Source of the DNA: a virus | Taxonomy: Duplodnaviria; Caudoviricetes | Direction: 5' to 3' (one strand) | Length of the DNA stretch: 31,404 bases | IMG/VR virus record: IMGVR_UViG_3300025528_000275 | Coordinates: 1-31,404 of that record | Shown here: piece by piece, positions 15,583 to 24,500 of the stretch | How positions within the stretch are numbered: the stretch's first letter is position 1 | Layout of the letters: the number at the start of each line of letters is the position of its first letter | Notes under the pieces: model-generated | Database searches by the model: none | Seen by the model: the letters and a program-made list of their open reading frames with translations, nothing else | Told to the model about the DNA's origin: nothing | Position numbers and translations under genes: made by a program

Positions 15583-18500
15583 TTGAGCGAGCAGACCGGT
15601 ACCTGGGAGACCAAGGCATCCGTCCGCGGCGCGGTGCGCACCGCGTCAAGGATCGTCGGCCGCGGCAAATGGGACCCGGACCTTCACCCACGGGACCGCA
15701 AGGGCAGGTTCATCGAGACCGGCGCCCGGGTGAAGGTGCCGGGCGGCCGTACCGGCACCGTCGTCCGCAACACGGGGCACGGCTACATGGAGGTCCGGCT
15801 GGATGACGGGAAGGTGCACCGCATCCACCGGAACTATCTGGAGGTGCAGCGCCGCCCGGACGGTACCCGCCCGCACGGCCAGGCCGCCGTACGGAACCGG
15901 TCCGCCCAGCCCAAGCCCATGCCCGTCGAGGCGCCGTCCCCGGACGCCACCGAGTACCGGCCGAAAGGCCGCGACTCGCGTGTCCCGGTCGGCGAGCTCA
16001 CCCAGGGACAGCCGGTTCTGATTTTCGGCCGGAACCGCAACGGTGACCGGGTCGCCCGGGTCGGCCTGGTGTCCAGCGTGCGGCAGCGGAACAACGGCGA
16101 CTACGTGGTGGACCTCGGCGACGTCGGCGAGGTGTACACCGACGAAGACGGGGTGGCGCGGCCGCTCGACTCCGACCGGCTTCGCCGCCTGATCGACGCC
16201 ACCCGCTCCGGTGATGACGCCGAGGCCCAGCGGATCGCTCAGGAGATCCAGGCCGAGATCCTGGCCGAGGACGACGACGAGTTCGACCGTCTCGACACCC
16301 CCGGCACCGGCGCGGCGGGCGGCCGCCAGGCCGGGGACACGCCGCGGCAGCAGGAGCGCCCCCAGACGGCCAGGCCGGGCGACCTGTCCCCCGGTGACCG
16401 GGTGGAGTTCCAGGTCCGGGTCAACGAGGGGAACGCGGCCCGGTTCGCCGGTGAGGGCGCGGTCAACCCGCCGCGTCCCGGCCAGACCGTGACCGTCCGC
16501 GGCGTGGTCGACCATGTGCAGGACGACATGCTCGGCATGCAGGCGGTGCGTCTGCGTGGCGGCGCCCAGTGGCAGTCGGCCGGCGGCGGCGGACCCCTGG
16601 ACGAGGGGGCGCTGGATTGGCCGCTGGACACAGACCACGAGGTGACCAAGCTGGGCCGTGCCGAGCCGCGGCGTCGCCGCGGCGGCGGCGGTGACGCGGC
16701 GGCGGCCGCCCCGGCGACGCAGGGGGCGTTGTTCTACGACCGGGGTGAGGACGAGTCGGGCACCCCGGACATGTTCACCGCTCTCGAACGGGAGGAACAG
16801 GCCCAGGCCCCGGCCGCGCCGTCCGGCCGCGGCGACGAGCGGACCCCCAGCGCACCGGAGGCCCCGGCCACGCCGGCCCGCGGCGGCGAAGTGACGGTGG
16901 ATGAGGCGATGGACGCCGTGCGCCGCGCCTACTTCGAGATGAGGCCCCAGCCCCGACCTGCCGGGGACTATGCGCCAGTTTCGCTGGTGGAACTGCGTAA
17001 CCGGCTGTCCGACATTCCGCGGGAGACGCTGGACCAGGCCCTTGCCCGGCTGAACCTCGAACCCGACATCTTCCTGTGGCCCGAGTCGAATCAGAAGATC
17101 CTCACCCGTGAGGACCGTGCCGCGGCGATCCGTCTCGGCAACCAAGACCTGCACTGGATCCAGATGGAGGCGAGCGCCCGCCGGGCGGACACGCCCGCCC
17201 CCGGCCGCGGCGACGAGCGGACCCCCAGCGCACCGGAGGCCCCGGCCACGCCGGCTGCGGACACCCCCGACGCTCGCCGCACCTCCCCGGACACGCCCGA
17301 CACCCAGAGGGTTCCGGATGCCGGGGACGACATGGACCCCCAGCCTGGCATCCTCTCCGACGAGGACACCGCCCGCCTTCGGGAAGCGCTGGACGCCTAC
17401 CGGGCCGCGCTCGCCGGGGACGACCCTGCCGCGGTGGCCGACACCCGTGACGCGGTCAGGAACCTCACCCTGGACATCTCCCGCCGCGCACCCGCAGGCG
17501 ACCAGGGGCGGCGCGTACGCGAGGAGACCGACCGGATCAACGAGGCCGCCCGCGGCCGGTTCCTGGAGTGGGACGAGGCGCACTCTGGGGCGCTGAACGC
17601 CCACCTATCGCAGCGTGCCGAGCGGGCGGCGGCCGCCGCCGGCCTGTCCGAGGATGCCCGCCGGGCCGCGGAGAACGGCGACATGGACCGCGCCCGGCAG
17701 CTCATCGAGCAGGGCCGCCGCGCCTACCCGGATCTGCTGGACTGGGACAGCGTCGAGCGGGATGCCCGCTCCCGGTACGTCGACCTCGACGAGATCGAGT
17801 CCACCGACGACGGCAATCCGCCGTCCCCGCCCGGCATGACCGCGGCACGGCGCGCCGAACTGGTCGCGGCGATCGAGCGGGAGGCCGGCGGCTACGAGTT
17901 CACCGGCGAGCCGGGCCGGTACGTGGCCGAGATGATGGACGCCAACCGCGAGGAGTGGGACTGGATCAACGCCTACATTCAGGCCCACCCCGAGGTGCTG
18001 ACGTGGAACCCCGCCGAGCGGGACCGGCGGCGCCGCGCCCGTGAGCTGCGCGAGCAGCGCACCCGGGAGCTGCTCAACCAGGCGTTCGAGCGGTTCCAGG
18101 CCGGGGAGATCGACGAGGCCGAGCGGATGGTCGACGAGGCCGAGCGGCGCGCGCCCGGCATCGTGCCCTATGACCAGATCCGCGCCCAGATCGCCGCCCG
18201 CCGCGCCGAACTCGGCGCTCCGGAGACGCGAACCCCGGACACCCCGGACGCTCCGGAGACGCGAACCCCGGACACCCCGGACGCTCCGGAGACGCGAACC
18301 CCGGACACCCCGGACGCTCCGGAGGCTGGGCGGGATGTGCTGGACCAGGAACGGGCCGAACGTGAACCCGGCCGGGTCGATGAGAACGAGGCCCTCGCCC
18401 GCCGCCTGCTCCCCCAGGTCGAACAACTGATCGACAGGGGTGATTTCGACGCCGCCCGGGCGCTCCTCGACGAGGTCGACCGGATGGCGCCCGGACTGGA

Positions 18501-21500
18501 CGAGATCGAGGAGCTGTCCAACCGGATCGTGCAGCGCCGCGAGGAGGCCGAGCGGGAACGCGGCATCATCGCCCGGCTCCCCGACCCTGAGGTGGCGACC
18601 AGCCAGCAGATACGCGACGGGTTCGACCTGATCGGCATGTCGAACACCGGTGTTGCCGCCGAGCGTCTGCACAGCGTGCTCGACCAGATGCCGGACTTCC
18701 GGCGGGTTGGGCGGCTCGAGCAGGAGCGGATCCGTGACCAGTTCGGCGAGGTGTTCAACCTGCTCCGGCAGGAGATCGAAAGCGTCGACGGCCGGGAGCA
18801 GCGGCGGTGGGCGCTGCGGGCGTTGAACCGGCTGGAGGAGCTCGCCGGTATCAAGGGCGTCAACCACGTCGGCCAGTACGAGAGCGACTTCCGGAACTAC
18901 CTCCGCGAGCGGTCCGACGATGAGCTGATCGAGCAGATCCGCTCGATGATGGAGGGCCACCCCGATTTCCCGATGGTGAAGCTGGAGCTGGCGCGGCGCG
19001 GCTACAACGAGGTCGGCGAGCCCGCCGCCGGCTCCCGGCACGGGCTGAACAACCCGGTGGAGGCCACCCCGGACATGAACGGCGCCCGGGTGCGCGCCGT
19101 CATCGACGGCGGCGAGATCCTCGAGGGAACGCTCGAGGTGACCCGCGGGGAGTCCGGGCCGGCGTACTACATGCTGCGGGACCGGGACAACCATCCGCGG
19201 CTGCTGGGCAATTCCGACGACGACCGGGTGTGGGTGGAGCGGCTGGACACCGCGCAGACCGGTGGCGAGACACCCACCCCGGACACCGCGGACACCGCGG
19301 CGGATGCGCCTGGGCCGCGGGCGACCCAGCGGCGGGATCGGGCGGACGGCGACTCCACCGAGCGGAGGGTGGCGGCCGACGAGATCCGGCCGGGTGACCG
19401 GATCACCTTCTACCGGCGGGAAGGCGGGGTGCGCGGCGGCCCGACCGCGCGCCGCATGGTCTACCGTGAGTCGATCCGCTGGACCGGCACGGTCCCCGAC
19501 GACTACCGGCCGGGGCGGCCGGTACGGCTGGTCGACGTTGTCGAGGTGGAGGAGGGGCATCCGCCGCGGGCGGTGCTCGACCCGCCGGCGATCCGCCTCC
19601 CCGACAGGGTGGATCGGCTGGGTGATGATGAGGCCCGCCGTTCCGCCGAGGAAGGCCGGCGGATGCGGGAGGAGGCCATACGGAACCGTGAGGAGCTCCG
19701 GGCCGCGATGGAGGCGCAGCGGCGGGCGCTCCTGGTGGAAGTCGGCGGCGAGGGGCTCGCACAGGCCGCCGACCGGTTCCAGGCCAACCGTGAGGTGCCG
19801 CTACAGGACCCGCGTGATCTGGAAGCCGACTGGTATGCGGTCGATTCGATGCTGGCAGATGCGCTCGCCGGCGACCTCGAGCGTGAACGGCGCTACCAGC
19901 TCGAAAACCTCCGCACCGAGTATGCGACCTCGCTGTTTTACGCCGGTGGCGACCACCGCCGGGCGTTGCGGGACGGCGAGGTAGGCCGGAGGGTTGCGGC
20001 CGACCTGGCCGGGCCGCGCATGGACGAGGTGCTGGGGTCGGCCAGTGACGCCGACCTGGCGGCCGCGATCCGGTACGCCGAGCGGCAGGCCCGCCGCGCC
20101 GAGGCCGACGGCGACCACGACGAGGCCCGCACGTGGCGGGAGGCGGCCGAGCAGGCTCGGCAGACCATCGCCGACCGGTCGTTCCGGCACCTGGCCGAGC
20201 AGCCCGAGCCGCAGGCGACACGCGAGCCGGGTTCGGTGCGCGAGCCGGACCAGGTGTCCACCCCGGTCGCGTCTCCGGAGCAGCGGGAGGCCGCCCTGTC
20301 CGCGGTCGAGGGTGCCGCGGGCCTGGCCGCGCACGGCCCGGAGCGGTTGCCCGACCCTGAGCCGGGCGTCGACAACGACCCGGTGATCTCCCAGCTTCCG
20401 GACACCTACGACATCGCCGAGCATCTGCTTCCCAGGGCGATCGCCAAGCTGGAGGCGGCCAACCGGCGTGCCGAGCGGCTGGGCATCCCCGAACGGTTCA
20501 CCTGGGAGATCACCCGGTACGAGGCCGAGTGGGAAGAGGACGACGACGAGAGCGGGGTGCGCCGCCACTTCACCCAGCCGCGTGTCCGGCTGCGGCTGAA
20601 CCGGCCGGTGGTGCGCCGCAACGGGTGGACGTTCGTCGGCACGTTGACGTGGAGCAATGACGCCGGCCTTGTGACCCGTCTGGTGCCGGGCGAGTCGCTC
20701 AAGCGGCGCCCGGACCGGCGGTGGTGTGACCACTGCCAGACCGAGCGGGACCGCCGCGATACGTTCATCGTGCGGCACGAGGACGGCACCGAGCTTCAGG
20801 TCGGGAGCGACTGCCTCGAGGCGTTCACGGGTGTCAGCCCGTCCGGGCTGTGGATGCTCGGGTTCTCCCCGAACCTGACCGACGACAACCTTCTGTCGGC
20901 GGGTGAGGACGCGCTCGGGGACAGCACCCGGCAGACCGTGCGTGCCGCGGACGTGCTCGCCGTGGCCACCGCGGTCGTCAACCGGCACGGGTGGGTGTCG
21001 CGGGCCGCGGCCGAGGAGCGGGGCGGCCGCTCCACCGCCGAGCTCATCCGCCAGGCCCTGTTCCCGGGCGGGCACGGCGAGCCGGAAGAGGTCAAAAAGT
21101 GGCGGAGCGAGATCCACGAGCTTGCCGCGCGGATGCGTGACGACGTCGCCGAGATCCAGGCGTTCGCGGCGAACTACCCGGGGGACGACGAGTTCTCCAC
21201 CAACCTGCGCACCCTGGCGCAGTCGGAGTGGATCGACCGGCGGAACATCGGTGTGCTCGCCTACGCGGTCGCGGCCAAGATGCGGCACGACGAGGAAGTT
21301 GCGCGGGCGGCGGCCGTCCCCGGTGAGAGCCCGTACGTGGGCCGGCCGGGTGAGCGGATCAGGGACGTCGAGGCGCGGATCGTCGGCAAGCAGTACATCA
21401 GCGGCCGCGAGTGGGGCAGTAGCGAGCTGGTCACGCTGGTGACCCCCAAGGGGCAGGTCATCAAGTGGTTCAAGTCCGGTGGCCTGGGCAGCGAGTTCCG

Positions 21501-24500
21501 GATCGGTGACACGGTGCTGCTGTCCGGCACGGTGGACAAGCACAGCGAGTTCCGGGGTGTGCCGGAGACGATGGTCAAGCGGGCCAAGCTCACCCGGGTT
21601 TCGCGGGTGGGCCGGCCGGGTGACCTTGACCGGCCTGAGCCGACCCCGCCGGGGTGGCTGGCTGTCGGTGACCGGCTGGAGCACCGCAGCGGCCGGTTCG
21701 GCACGATCGAGGACATCAACCGGCGGCACGGCGCGGACGCCGACCGGGTGATCTACGACATCACGCTTCGGGACGACGACACCGGTGAGCTCGTCACGAT
21801 CTCGGTCTCCAGCCAGGATTCGGCGTACCGGGTGGCGCAGGCCCCGCACACCCCGCTCGAGCACGCCGAGGAGGTCGGCTCCGGCCTGATCGGCGAGGGT
21901 GACCGGCTGTGGGTGAACGTGGACGGCAAGGGCCGCGCCGAGGTCACCGTGCAGCGGTTCCTAAAGGACAAGGAGCTCGAGCTCGGCACCACCCCGGACG
22001 ATGAGTCCGTGCGGCCTGGTCTGCGGCGCCGCTACCGCGACGACATCTATGACGACAACGGTGACCCGATCCTGCCGCGGCGCCTGACTCAGTACCGGGT
22101 GGCCGAGGTCAAGGACGACCAGGGCCGCACCTACCTGGTCGGCCTGCCCGGCCACGAGCGGGTGGTGCGGGTGCTGCCGCCCCCGCCGCCGCCGAAGCGG
22201 ACCACCCCGCGCGACGTGGAGGAGGCGGCGCGCGAGCGGGCCGAGAGGCGTGTCCGGGACTTCGCGCCCGCACCCCTGAAGTCCGGGTACATGGGTGATT
22301 TCTACGCCTCCAGCTTCGCGGTGGGCGACACGATCCGCCACAAGGTGCAGCGGGACGACGGCAGCGTGCACGCCGAGACCGTCACCGGCACGATCGTCGA
22401 GATCCGCGGCAACGAGATGACGTTGCGGGACGCGGACGGTCGGCTGCACAGGGCTTGGGTGCACACCGTCAAGGGCGACGACGTGATCAGCCTGACCGAT
22501 CGGCCGCCGGTTGAGGAGGTCACCCCGGGCAAGGTCCGCGACGGTGACCGGCTGTGGGTGAACATCGGCGGCGGCATGGTCAAGGCCACCGTCACCGGCA
22601 AGCGCCGCCCCGAACGAAACGAGAGGCTCCGCGACCAGCAGCTTAATGAGGTGTCGGCAGCGCCGAGCGACACCGTGATCCAGGTCCGCACCGACGACGG
22701 GGAGACCGGCGAGTTTCTGGTGCAGCGCGGGATTCCGGTCTACCGGGTGATCGACCCCGACCGGATCGCCGCCGCGTGGAACGCCCAGCCGGTTGATCTG
22801 GACATGCTTGCCGCGCGGGCGGAGGCGTTGGAGGCGTTCCGCCGCGAGCGCGGCCTTACCCCGGAGGCGTTGGAGCGGGTGGAGCAGGCGGCGTTGGATG
22901 AGGCGCTGCGGCGGGTGGAGCAGTACGGCGACATCGCGCGGGTGACCGTGTCGTCCGAGCCGCTCGGGTTCCAGATCGTGCCGCACCGCAAACCGTCTCG
23001 GGTGCCGCGCGGTCTGGACACGAAGATCCCGCTGCTGCGGCCGGACGGCCGCACCTGGGACGGGGAGGAACTCCCCTCCTCCACCCCCGCGGCCGCGGCC
23101 CCGGACGCGCCGGGCACGCCGGACGTCCCGCGCGCCCCGGAGGTGCCGGGCACGCCGGAGGCGGCGGGCACGCTGGAGGCCCCGCGCGCCCCAGAGGTGC
23201 CGGGCACGCCGGAGGCCCCGGCCACGCCGGAGGCGGCGGGGGCGGCCCTGCCGGCCCGGCCCGCAGGCCCCGACCCGGCGGCCAAGCCGTACACGTTCCG
23301 CCGCAACCCGGCCGGCGGCTACAACGTCCACACGGACGGGCAGGACCGGCCGATCGGCCGCGTGTGGCGGGACGGCGCCTACTGGTATTGGGAGCACGGC
23401 GACGGCACCACCTCCACCGGTGAGCGCACCCGGGACCGTGCGGCCGCCGCCCTGCGGAACTACCACGACAGCCTCGACGCCGAGCACGGCACCCCCGAGC
23501 AGGTGCCCGCGGCCACGCTCGCCGAGGGCGACCGGATCGACACCCCAAACGGGGTCGAGGTCGTGCAGTCGGTGCAGACCGTCGAGGGGGTGACGTTCAC
23601 CACCAGCCGGGACGAGCACGACCGGGTCACCATCCGCGCCCACACCGAGGGGGCGGCGGTGACCCGCCGCCGCGGCGGCGCCAAGCCCGCCCAGGTGAGC
23701 GAGCCGTACGCGCGGGACGTGCAGCCCGGCCAGTGGCTCATCGTCGACGGCCGGCCCATGCAGGTCACCGCGGTCGACGACGTGGACGACCGGCGGGTCT
23801 TCCACGTGGCCGGTGAGGGCGGTGCCACCACCGTCGAGTTCGGGCGGGACACGCGGGTCACGGTGGCCACCAACCTGCGGCCGCGCCGTACCCGCCGCCG
23901 CGCCGCCCCCCCACCCACCGAGGTCGAAGGGGTGCGGCTGGAGCCGATCCCGGAGGGGACGGCGTCGGCGCGGGTCCGTCTGCGGTCCGACATCCGCAAG
24001 CGGGTCCTCGGGCTGGGGATCGAGCGGGACGAGACCGCCAGCGAGCAGGCGCGGCAGGCCGCGGCCCGGCTGCGCGCCTCCCAGCCGATGACCGCCGAGC
24101 AGATGCAGGCGCTCGCCGCCCACCTGCGCGGCATGGCCGGTGACGAGGGCAGGCCGGCGGTGCAGCGGCGAGCCCTGCACCGCGCCTCCCAGTGGGTTGA
24201 GGCCGCCTACGCCGGCCTGGCCGGGTACCCGGCGCCGCCGCACGACCCGGGCCGCGACACCCTCCAGCGGGTTTCGGCGGGCAACCTGACCAGCGGGGAT
24301 GTGATCGCCCTGCCCGACCGGGACGGCCGGGTGGAGTTCGTGCGCGTGGTGGAGACCCGCCAGTACCGCGGGTTCCCGCTCGTGTCCGCCCGTATCGAGC
24401 GGAACGACGGCACCCGTGAGGAGCGGATCCTCTCGGCGCGCGCGGACGTGTGGCTGGCGCCGGACCTGCCCGAGGACCAGGAAGTGCGGCCGGCGGACGC

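Noticed and set aside
18217-18324. 33-bp repeats as a CRISPR array
   Set aside because: Head-to-tail with no spacers, in frame within a CDS, no cas genes.
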